From: Clostridia bacterium
Lineage (GTDB): Bacteria > Bacillota > Clostridia > Oscillospirales > CAG-272
Reading direction: 5' to 3'
Assembly: GCA_017505785.1 (NCBI GenBank)
Contig: JAFVOQ010000020.1
Span: 13,489-77,488 of the forward strand
DNA length: 64,000 nucleotides
Of this stretch, positions 37,075 to 45,007 are shown piece by piece. The notes beneath the pieces were generated by a model, which saw only the letters and a program-made list of their open reading frames with translations, was not told the DNA's origin and did not search any database. Made by a program: the position numbers and the translations under genes. How positions within the stretch are numbered: the first letter of the stretch is position 1; each line of letters starts with the position of its first letter.

Positions 37075-39647
37075 CTTTCATCCTCCTCAAAGAGCTTAAG
37101 ACTATCGTAAAGCGTGCCGCGCGCCCCTGCCGAGCGAAGCATGGAAAGGGGATGCACGGGTGCCTTTAACAGGCGACGCACCACCCAAAACGGAACAAGG
37201 AACAAAAGAAGCACGCGATATTTCTTGCATATCGGCCATTCCTCGCGGCACTTTTGCGTGACGTTTAAAAGTGCCGTGGCAAGGCTGCCCTTACCCTCTT
37301 GGCGGTGGAGCGTGACGATGCCACTACCCGCGAAATCGGCATTTCCAAGCCCAAAGTTGCCGCTTGCCATAAAATCGGCAAACAGTGCATCGGCAAGCGC
37401 GGCGTCATCCTCCGAAAACGGAGATTTTTCCGCAGGTAAACCAAGGTGGCGCACGGCGGCAAGCGTTACTGTCGCGGCAAAGCGGTAAAGCCCTACCTCA
37501 TGCAATGCCGCAATCAGGCGCGGCACGGTTTCCTCTTTGAGTCCTTTTGCTACAAACAGTGCCCAATCGCACATTTGGCGTAAGCCAAGCCCCCCCTCGC
37601 GCATATGCTGTTGCATATGGAGCAGAAGAATGAGTGCTTGGTGGAAATCGCTTGCAACGGGGAAGCATTCGCCATTTATTTCGGAGAGCGTGCCTGCTGC
37701 TAAGGTATCGGCAAGATATGCGGCTACTTTTTCGCGCATTTCGCCGTCGGGCAGTCCCGAAACGCTGCGGTGCAGCTCGATCTCACAGCCCTCTTTTTTG
37801 TAAACGGCATGGTGCTGGCTGTGGGTTTCGCACGCGGTAAAGCCACGGTCAATTAAGTGGGCACCGACCTTGGGCAACGCCGCCTCGTCAATAAGGCAAT
37901 CGATATCCCCCGCCACGCGCAGATCGGGCGTGGGGTAAAGTGCGGCAACACTGTCACCCTTTAGGATCACGGCAGGAATACCGTTCGCTGTAAGGAACGC
38001 ACAAAGCTCGGCGCGGCACTCTGCAAGGCGCGCATTTTGGCGCAGTAGCGTAACAGTGCGATCCTGTAAGCAAAGCAGGGCTTCTCTTGACAGGGCATCC
38101 TCGGGCAACGTGCCGAGTGCCTCGCTCACAACGCCAAACACCATATGACGGTCGGCAAGTGCTAACACGGCATCAAGATCGGTGTTAGGGGGGAGTGCAA
38201 GCGGCTTTTCAAAGAGTGCGTGTGAGAGCAGCGAGGTCAGTGCTGCCTCGGTAGTGTCTTGCTGTGTCTTGGCAGCGTGCTCTGTGTTTTCCTCAAGGAA
38301 GAGGAAGATCATCACGGCAACGAGCTCGTAGGGCATGGGGCAAAATTCACCGGGATTGACCTGTGACATGAGAAACAGCCCGATGTAGGACAGAGCCAAG
38401 GCACGGGAGAGGGGATCGGCATTGCGCTTGATCAGCACGCCGCGCCGCCAAAACAGAAATGCGTAAGCAAAGGTGCCCACAAGCCCCATGCCTGCCACGA
38501 TCTGCGGTATCATCATGTGATACCAGTTCATGGCAAAGGTCTTGGGGTCGTAAATATCGGCATTGCCCGTGTAGCCGAGGCCCACGCCAAAAATGGGGTG
38601 ATTGAGAAAATCCCACACCGCACGGCCAAGCAAGCGCACGCGGGGCTCATCGCCCTCAATAAAGCCGCCCGCAAAGCGGAAGGAGTAGAATTTGATCAAG
38701 AATCCGCCCGCAAGCAGTGCTCCCACGCCAAGCATGGCCAAAACAGCGAGGTTGCGGCGGCGGTGCTTTTTATCGCGGCGCAAAAGGTACAAAAAGCAAA
38801 GTCCGAAAAGAGCCAGCCCCATGAGCATGCCGCCGCGCGAGCCGGTAAGCATCAGCGAACAGAAAAACAGGAGCGCGGGGATCAGATGCCACCCCTTGCC
38901 GTTTGCGGCATGGTAAAAGGGGGCAGGCAGAGCAAGCAGTAAAAACGTGGCGTAGACGTTGCGGTTGTCTATGCTGATGAGGCGCAAGTGCCCAAAGATC
39001 TCAAGGTCATCCTGCATCCAAACAAGACGCTCGGCATAAAACAGGAGCGTAAAAAAGGTGGCATAGAGTCCTGCCAAATAAAGCCCTGTCAGGAGCAACT
39101 TTTTTACATCATAGTCGCGCTTTCTTGAAAGCGCGGATTTGAGCAGAAGGTAGACGCCTGCCATGCCGAACCCAAGCCCCGCGACGTAATAAAGCGCCGC
39201 AGGCGTAAAATATTCCCGCAAGGAAAGGCACCCAACACCGCCAAGTGTGACTGCCACCGACACCGCGATCAGGGGTGCGAAGGAGTAGCCGATGCGGAAT
39301 TGCGCGCGGTAGTAAATAAAATGGAACAAGAGTGCCGCAAGGGCAGGGACGATCATCGGTGCATAGGGGATAAACAGCGCGTATCCGTCGTAGCACGCCG
39401 ATACCAGCACGGTGAGCAGCAAAAAGGGGACGGTGGCGGCAAACGCATCGTCTGAGGTGACGAGTATAATGAGAATAAGCCACAAAAGGGTCATGGCACC
39501 CGCCACCTCAAGCGAGAATGCCGTGAAGGTACAGCAAGCGATCAGCAGCAGGGCAAAAAAGATAGGCGAGAGCCAAAAACGGCGCAACAAGAGAAGCCAC
39601 GCAGGCGTGGCAAAGCCGTTTTTCTTTACTGACAGTGTCGGCATCAT
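37071..39647 (-). CDS. fusion protein: O-antigen-ligase-like (Wzy_C) polytopic membrane domain plus C-terminal NTP_transf_5-type nucleotidyltransferase domain
   Basis: 858 aa. Residues ~1-470 contain ~12 TM segments with the LTGSRGGMLMGL motif typical of Wzy_C/O-antigen ligases. Residues ~480-858 resemble the uncharacterised nucleotidyltransferase family (…ILKGDSVAALYPTPDLRVAGDIDCLI…HH…). The stop overlaps the EEP gene start. Confidence 0.7.
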   Translation of the reverse strand: MMPTLSVKKNGFATPAWLLLLRRFWLSPIFFALLLIACCTFTAFSLEVAGAMTLLWLILIILVTSDDAFAATVPFLLLTVLVSACYDGYALFIPYAPMIVPALAALLFHFIYYRAQFRIGYSFAPLIAVSVAVTLGGVGCLSLREYFTPAALYYVAGLGFGMAGVYLLLKSALSRKRDYDVKKLLLTGLYLAGLYATFFTLLFYAERLVWMQDDLEIFGHLRLISIDNRNVYATFLLLALPAPFYHAANGKGWHLIPALLFFCSLMLTGSRGGMLMGLALFGLCFLYLLRRDKKHRRRNLAVLAMLGVGALLAGGFLIKFYSFRFAGGFIEGDEPRVRLLGRAVWDFLNHPIFGVGLGYTGNADIYDPKTFAMNWYHMMIPQIVAGMGLVGTFAYAFLFWRRGVLIKRNADPLSRALALSYIGLFLMSQVNPGEFCPMPYELVAVMIFLFLEENTEHAAKTQQDTTEAALTSLLSHALFEKPLALPPNTDLDAVLALADRHMVFGVVSEALGTLPEDALSREALLCLQDRTVTLLRQNARLAECRAELCAFLTANGIPAVILKGDSVAALYPTPDLRVAGDIDCLIDEAALPKVGAHLIDRGFTACETHSQHHAVYKKEGCEIELHRSVSGLPDGEMREKVAAYLADTLAAGTLSEINGECFPVASDFHQALILLLHMQQHMREGGLGLRQMCDWALFVAKGLKEETVPRLIAALHEVGLYRFAATVTLAAVRHLGLPAEKSPFSEDDAALADALFADFMASGNFGLGNADFAGSGIVTLHRQEGKGSLATALLNVTQKCREEWPICKKYRVLLLFLVPFWVVRRLLKAPVHPLSMLRSAGARGTLYDSLKLFEEDER

Positions 39648-39659
39648 ACGGGCTCTCCT

Positions 39660-40751
39660 TTACTTTGATTTGTGTGCCGCCTGAAGGGCTTGGCGTATGG
39701 CAGTGGCGGATCGCTGCCAATCGTAGCGCGAAAGGCGTGCCTTGGCGGCGGCGGGGTCCGCCTTGAGATTTCCCAGCACCACCTCGCGCAAAAGCGCGGC
39801 AAGCGCACATTCATCCCCGAGGGGATAATAGGAGGCATAGGCACCCGAAACCTCCCTGTTGGTGGGAATGTCACTGGCAATGAGAGGGAGTGCCGCCGCC
39901 ATTGCCTCGGTTTGGGGAGAGCCAAAGCCCTCGTATATACTGGGAAACACAAATGCCGCCGCTTCGCCAAGAAGCTTTGCGCGGTCGGAATTGCTCACAA
40001 ACCCCGCCAGGCGAATGTCCGCCGTATCGGGGGCGTTTGCGACCAGATCTGTTACAGCCTCAGAACCAAACCCTTGTCTGCCTGCCAATACCAGCGCATA
40101 GTCCGCGGCGGCAGGGCAGGTCTTTTGAAGTAGGGTGTAGGCGTTGATCAGCTCGGTTAAATTTTTACGCTTTTCCACCGTGCCCACAAACAAAAAGAAT
40201 TTGCGCTTGGTAAGACCCTTTAGGATTTCGCTTTCATAAACCGCGGGTGTGATAGCCTCGGTTGCACCCGTGTAGTGCCCGGGGTGCACAGCCACCACTT
40301 TTTTTGCCGCACGGGGGAAACGGGCGCAGATCTCCTCCCCCATGGCTTTTGATACCGTGAAAACAATATCGGCATGCTTCATGGCGCGGCGCACCATAAA
40401 GCGATTGTACAGCGCGTAAGCACGCGGCAGCGTTTCGGGATGCGAAAACGCGGTAAGATCGTGCACCGTAACCGCCACCGTGGTGTGTGGGGGATGCTTT
40501 TTGGGCAGTGCGTAGTTGGCATAGTGCACCACGTCAAACGCCGCAAGCTTTTTGCGGTAGGCGGCGGAGCTCAGGTATTTGAGATAGGAAAGACGTGCGG
40601 CACGCCGCCCGCCCGCAGGTGTAAAATCCTCGCGTGTGACGGTGGTGTCGGGGAGCGCGGCAAGTGCTTCCCCCAAATACCGCGCGTAGCTACCGATGCC
40701 CGTTCTGATATGCAGTTGTAAGCCGTCATCCAGTAAGATATTCATAAGCAT
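39660..40751 (-). CDS. GT4-family (GT-B) glycosyltransferase
   Basis: 363 aa with the C-terminal motif FVFPSIYEGFGSPQTEAMAAALPLIASD (EX7E). Confidence 0.85.
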   Translation of the reverse strand: MLMNILLDDGLQLHIRTGIGSYARYLGEALAALPDTTVTREDFTPAGGRRAARLSYLKYLSSAAYRKKLAAFDVVHYANYALPKKHPPHTTVAVTVHDLTAFSHPETLPRAYALYNRFMVRRAMKHADIVFTVSKAMGEEICARFPRAAKKVVAVHPGHYTGATEAITPAVYESEILKGLTKRKFFLFVGTVEKRKNLTELINAYTLLQKTCPAAADYALVLAGRQGFGSEAVTDLVANAPDTADIRLAGFVSNSDRAKLLGEAAAFVFPSIYEGFGSPQTEAMAAALPLIASDIPTNREVSGAYASYYPLGDECALAALLREVVLGNLKADPAAAKARLSRYDWQRSATAIRQALQAAHKSK

Positions 40752-40753
40752 CC

Positions 40754-42001
40754 TTATAGATCAAGATTTTGAAATGCATCAAATATACGGTCCCAAGCAA
40801 AATTTTCGCCAACAAACGCGGCGGCATTTTTGCCGATCTCGCGGCAACGCAAGGGGTCGCTCAGCAGTGCATTTGCCGTGTCGGCAAGTGCTTGTGGGTC
40901 ATCATACACGAAAATAGCTTCACCGTGAGTGGCGTTGATGCCCTCACTCCCCACGGTATTGGTCAGAACGGGGAGCTCTGCTGCCATGGCTTCCAGGATC
41001 TTGGTCTTGATCCCCGAGCCAAACGCAATGGGGCAAAGGGAAAATTGCCATGAGTGCATCACGGGGGCAAGGTCTGCTACCTCGCCAAAAAGAGAAAGGT
41101 TCTGTACTCCCTCAAAGCGTGCACGCACCGCATCGGGCACGGGCCCTATCACCTCAAAGCAATAGGGTGGGGTGAGCTTGGGCAAAATGCTCTGCACGAT
41201 GTATTCCAGTGAGGAAACGTTTGCCGCAACGTGCAAATTGCCGACAAAGCCAAAGGTGCGCGGTCGCTTTTCTGCGTCAGCGTAGGCAAATGCCGCCATG
41301 TCAACGCCCATTGGCACGGCAACGGCGCGAGGGCTGTCAAGCCTTTGGTTGAGTGTAGCGACCTCCTTTTCGGATACCAAGATCACGCCCTCGGCTTCAT
41401 TGGCATACTCCGGCTCCGATCTTGCAAGCCGCTTTTGCTCGCTTTTTAGGATCATACGACCGAGCCTGCCGCGACAGAGCACACGCTCGGCAGTGGGGTT
41501 CATCCCACCTGCATAGTGCCCCGCAATGCTCGTGCCCTCATCAAGGGCGGAAAGCTGGCGCGCATAGCGTACCGACAAAAGATCGTCAAGGTCAAGAATA
41601 CAGCGCACCTTGTCCTTGAAATCACGCATGTAGGGTGCCAAGCGAATCATGTCAAACAGCATTACGTCGGGCCTAAACTCCGCCACGTGCTTTTGCAGTA
41701 AGCGGCGGTTTTTGCGGCTTTTGTAAAGGGCTGCTTGCAAGGGCTTGCCCGAAAGTGTATGTGTCGCGAGATTTGCAAGCTTTTCTGCGCGAGAGATCGG
41801 GGCGGCAAAGCGCACCTCAGAGATAAACGCGGGCTTGTCCGTGGCATCGCGCGGCTGATCCCATTCGGGAAACACAAACAGGGCAATTTCATACCCGTAT
41901 CGCTCAAAAAGTCCGCGGCAGTAGTGATAAAGTGAAACCTTGCGTCCGCTGTTGTGTGGCCACGGCAGGCGCGAGGTGACAAACAGTAAACGCTTACTCA
42001 T
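40754..42001 (-). CDS. GT4-family (GT-B) glycosyltransferase
   Basis: The ATG at 42001 (MSKRLLFVTSRLPWP…) overlaps the gmhA stop by 4 nt (ATGA). The motif GSGIKTKILEAMAAELPVL is present. Confidence 0.8.
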   Translation of the reverse strand: MSKRLLFVTSRLPWPHNSGRKVSLYHYCRGLFERYGYEIALFVFPEWDQPRDATDKPAFISEVRFAAPISRAEKLANLATHTLSGKPLQAALYKSRKNRRLLQKHVAEFRPDVMLFDMIRLAPYMRDFKDKVRCILDLDDLLSVRYARQLSALDEGTSIAGHYAGGMNPTAERVLCRGRLGRMILKSEQKRLARSEPEYANEAEGVILVSEKEVATLNQRLDSPRAVAVPMGVDMAAFAYADAEKRPRTFGFVGNLHVAANVSSLEYIVQSILPKLTPPYCFEVIGPVPDAVRARFEGVQNLSLFGEVADLAPVMHSWQFSLCPIAFGSGIKTKILEAMAAELPVLTNTVGSEGINATHGEAIFVYDDPQALADTANALLSDPLRCREIGKNAAAFVGENFAWDRIFDAFQNLDL

Positions 42002-42639
42002 ACCGCAAAAAAGTGGTTTTCGAGCATGCGGCAAAGCGCATGATATAAGGGCAGATGCAGCTCTTGCACAAGATAGGTTTCGGTTTGGGGCACGCGAACG
42101 GCAATGTCCGCGAGGGGCGCAAGCTTGCCGCCCTCAGCGCCCGTCATCAAAATTACCTTCATACCGCGCGCCTTGGCGGCGGCGGTGGCAAGCAGCAGGT
42201 TTTCGGCGTTGCCCGAGGTGGAAATGGCAAGCAAAATATCACCCGGCTTGCCCCAACCCCATACCTGCTGTGCAAAAACCGCTACGGCATCACTGTCGTT
42301 CATCACGGCGGTGGAGAGTGCTGCGTGACCTGTAAGTGAGATCACGGGCAGTGTTTCCTGTAGCATATCTGCCAGTGCCTGTCCGCGTCCCGGGTCGGCG
42401 GCGACAAGTGCCGCACGGCTTTTGGGGGATAAGGGGCGCTTTTTGGCAAAGCATTTCATCAGCTCGCCGGCAATATGCTCGGCATCCGCGGCAGAGCCGC
42501 CGTTGCCTGCGGTCAGTAGCTTGCCGCCCGACGCAAAGCATTGCTGCATGGCGGTGTACGCGGCTATAATATCCTGCTTTGCGGTGGCAAGGGTGGGATA
42601 GCGGCAGAGTAGGTCCTGCAATATATCAAGGTAAGTCAT
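41998..42639 (-). CDS. gmhA: SIS-domain D-sedoheptulose-7-phosphate isomerase
   Basis: 213 aa with GNGGSAADAEH and ISTSGN motifs typical of GmhA. Confidence 0.8.
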   Translation of the reverse strand: MTYLDILQDLLCRYPTLATAKQDIIAAYTAMQQCFASGGKLLTAGNGGSAADAEHIAGELMKCFAKKRPLSPKSRAALVAADPGRGQALADMLQETLPVISLTGHAALSTAVMNDSDAVAVFAQQVWGWGKPGDILLAISTSGNAENLLLATAAAKARGMKVILMTGAEGGKLAPLADIAVRVPQTETYLVQELHLPLYHALCRMLENHFFAV

Positions 42640-43912
42640 GACTATATTCCTCGGCTTTTAAAATTTTAGAAACGCAATCCAAAAGACTGTTGCCCACAAT
42701 ATCGGCTTGTATGCTGCCAATGGCGGCGGTGCCACAGCCTGCGCGGCGTGCGGCGGTCATGTCGCTTTCGCTGTCGCCGATCATATAGGAGCGCGAGAGG
42801 TCAAGATTGTAGCGTGCCGCGGCGGCAAGGAGAAGCCCCGGTGCCGGTTTGCGGCAATCACAAACGCATTTTAACTCGGGAACCTCGCCTGCAAATCCGC
42901 TGTCGGGGTGGTGCGGACAGTAAAAGATATCGGTTACATAAGCTCCGTTTTCCGAGAGGAGTGCTTCAAGCCTTGCGTGTATGGCCCAAAGCCCTGCTTC
43001 GTCAACCTCACCGCGCGCGAGAACCGGCTGATTGGTCACCACGATGACGGGGATGTGACGGTCGTTGAGCTGTTTGATCGCCTCGGCGGCACCCTCAAGC
43101 AACACAAGCTGATCGGGCGAGGTCACAAATCCCACGTGGCGGTTGATCGTGCCGTCGCGGTCAAGAAATACCGCGGCGCGTGGGGCTTTGGGATCGCCGC
43201 GTGTGACCACGCCTGCGGCAAGGTCACGCTCTGCCTCGGTCAAACGCTGCGGCGTGCCCATGTCCTTCACGTACTCGTGAGAGTTGTAGGCGAAAAGCGC
43301 GCCTTCGGCGGCGAGGGGCGCAAGCACCTCGCGGTCAAGATCGGTCTTTTTCACTGTGGGAAAGCGGGAGAGCACAGCAGGGGAAAAGAAGTGCAAGCCC
43401 GCGTTTGTGCGGTTGCGTGTAAGGGGTCGTGCGGTATCGGGCGCGAGAAAGGCAGTGACGCGATCGTTTTTATCGCTTTCCACGATCACGCTGTCGGCAG
43501 GGTGTGTGCTTGGATGTGTGAAAATGGTGGCGATGCCGCGCTTTTCACGGTGAAAGGCAAGGAAACGGGCAAGATCTACGTCAAATAAAATATCGCCGTT
43601 GAGAAGCAGGAAGTCCTCCTCCTTCAGCACGTCGCCAAGCAGTGCCAGTGCACCCGCGGTGCCAAGAGGCTCCTGCTCGTGTATGTAGGTGATATGCACG
43701 CCAAATGCGGCACCGTCACCGAAATGGCTTTGGATCACTCCGCCAAGATGTCCCACCACAAGCACAATATCAAGAAAGCCCTCTCGGCGCAGCACCTCAA
43801 TTTGGCGTTCTAAAACAGGCTTGCCGCAAAGCGGCAGCATGGGCTTTGGAATATCACGCGCAAGGGATGCAATGCGCGTGCCCTTGCCGCCTGCCATGAT
43901 AACTGCCCTCAT
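42626..43912 (-). CDS. bifunctional sugar-1-phosphate nucleotidyltransferase (HddC-like) / D,D-heptose-1,7-bisphosphate phosphatase (GmhB-like)
   Basis: 428 aa. The N-terminal half has MAGGKGTRI…PKPMLP…GTAGA (NTP_transferase). The C-terminal half has FLDRDGTIN…VTNQP…CPHHP…CxCRKP…GDSESD (HAD-IIIA GmhB with a Zn loop). Confidence 0.8.
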   Translation of the reverse strand: MRAVIMAGGKGTRIASLARDIPKPMLPLCGKPVLERQIEVLRREGFLDIVLVVGHLGGVIQSHFGDGAAFGVHITYIHEQEPLGTAGALALLGDVLKEEDFLLLNGDILFDVDLARFLAFHREKRGIATIFTHPSTHPADSVIVESDKNDRVTAFLAPDTARPLTRNRTNAGLHFFSPAVLSRFPTVKKTDLDREVLAPLAAEGALFAYNSHEYVKDMGTPQRLTEAERDLAAGVVTRGDPKAPRAAVFLDRDGTINRHVGFVTSPDQLVLLEGAAEAIKQLNDRHIPVIVVTNQPVLARGEVDEAGLWAIHARLEALLSENGAYVTDIFYCPHHPDSGFAGEVPELKCVCDCRKPAPGLLLAAAARYNLDLSRSYMIGDSESDMTAARRAGCGTAAIGSIQADIVGNSLLDCVSKILKAEEYSHDLP

Positions 43913-43955
43913 GCCTGCTACCTCCTTTTAATTTAAAGATAATTATACAGAATAC

Positions 43956-43984
43956 ATTATACACCCAAAATGTTATTTTTGCAA
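43956..43984 (-). promoter_or_regulatory. promoter of the heptose/glycan operon
   Basis: The minus strand reads TTGCAA-N17-TATAAT about 40 nt upstream of the ATG at 43912. Confidence 0.5.
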
Positions 43985-44034
43985 GAGGGCAGAGGACAGG
44001 TTCTGAAATTAGGAGATAAATTTTTCTCACCCAC

Positions 44035-44063
44035 TTGACAGGCGACGCGAATAATGCTACAAT
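44035..44063 (+). promoter_or_regulatory. promoter of the T-box leader
   Basis: TTGACA (44035-44040), a 17-nt spacer, then TACAAT (44058-44063). Confidence 0.6.
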
Positions 44064-44084
44064 ATTTGTGTATGATAATTTTTA

Positions 44085-44364
44085 CAGGCGATGATGAAAA
44101 AAAGTAGCCGCGAATGCAATCACAGAGAGCCGTTGGTGCTGGGATAACGGTATGTGCACGGGGTGAAAGAACATTTCGGAGCTCTCAACCGAACCTGCAA
44201 GTTGTTGCGGCAGTAGATTTGAGCGCGGCGGCGCGTTATAGCCGAGGGGTATTTGCCGTGTGGCACGTGCCCATGAGGAGTGAAAACTCAAATGCGGGTG
44301 GTACCGCGAAGGCTTGCCTTCGCCCCGAAAGTGTTTCAGGCACTTTCAGGGGCGTTATTTTTTT
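44085..44364 (+). promoter_or_regulatory. T-box riboswitch leader, putative Asn (AAC) specifier
   Basis: Stem I base/K-turn GCGATGATGAAAAAAAGTA, an AGAGAG box, and distal GGTGC. The specifier-loop 3' side reads GAAAG-AAC-A followed by TTTC, which pairs with the 5' GAAA. The T-box sequence AATGCGGGTGGTACCGCG lies at 44291-44308. The terminator is CGCCCCGAAAGTG…CACTTTCAGGGGCG plus TTATTTTTTT. Confidence 0.85.
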
Positions 44365-44598
44365 GCCATGTGCCGCCAAGGCGGCAGGCATCCTCATCCG
44401 TCACGGCTTTGCCGTGCCACCTTCCCCTTCTTGGGGAAGGCAGGAGATAGTGCGAACATTGCGGATGTGTTGAAAACTGTAGCAGATGTTAGAGTAGCCT
44501 TCTCCTGTGGGAGAAGGGGAACCGCCATGGTGGTGGATGAGGAGTCAGCGCAAGGCGCTGCCACCAACAAAGAATTTTTCTCAAATGAGGGAATCGCA
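44365..44598. repeat. GC-rich short-hairpin modules preceding the DUF559 gene
   Basis: Hairpins are GCCGCCaaGGCGGC (44372-44385), CCTTCCCCttcttGGGGAAGG (44420-44440) and CCTTCTCCtgtgGGAGAAGG (44498-44517). There is no independent RBS or start. Confidence 0.55.
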
Positions 44599-44967
44599 AT
44601 GTATCCATACAACAAAAAACTGGTTGGAAATGCGCGGGCACTTCGTAAGCAAATGACCCCCGAGGAGAAGCATATTTGGTATGATTTTTTAAAGATGCTT
44701 CCTATAACGGTGAAAAGGCAAAAGAACATTGAGAATTACATTCTCGATTTTTATATTGCAAGTGCTAAAATTGCGATAGAAATTGACGGATTGCAGCATG
44801 CCTTATCCCAAAACAAGGGGGCAGATCTTGAAAGGGATTTTACACTTGCTCGTTGGGGAATAAAGGTTTTAAGATACACCAATAAAGATATCAACGAACG
44901 TTTTTATGCAGTGTGCGAGGAGATCTTGAATGCGATTGGGCTCACCGCGGTTGATTTAAAAATCTGA
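44599..44967 (+). CDS. DUF559 (Vsr-like) endonuclease-domain protein
   Basis: ATG at 44599. The product MYPYNKKLVGNARALRKQMTPEEKHIWYDFL…YILDFY…IAIEIDGLQH…RDFTLARWGIKVLRYTN matches the DUF559 pattern. The track's N-terminal extension runs through the T-box terminator. Confidence 0.8.
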   Translation: MYPYNKKLVGNARALRKQMTPEEKHIWYDFLKMLPITVKRQKNIENYILDFYIASAKIAIEIDGLQHALSQNKGADLERDFTLARWGIKVLRYTNKDINERFYAVCEEILNAIGLTAVDLKI

Positions 44968-45007
44968 TTTTTTGAAATTTATAAAACATTCCGAAAGGAG
45001 TATCAAT

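Noticed and set aside
44314-44598. N-terminal extension of the DUF559 ORF (217-aa version)
   Set aside because: The extension reads straight through the T-box terminator and the hairpin repeats and has no RBS. The conserved DUF559 domain starts at the ATG at 44599.
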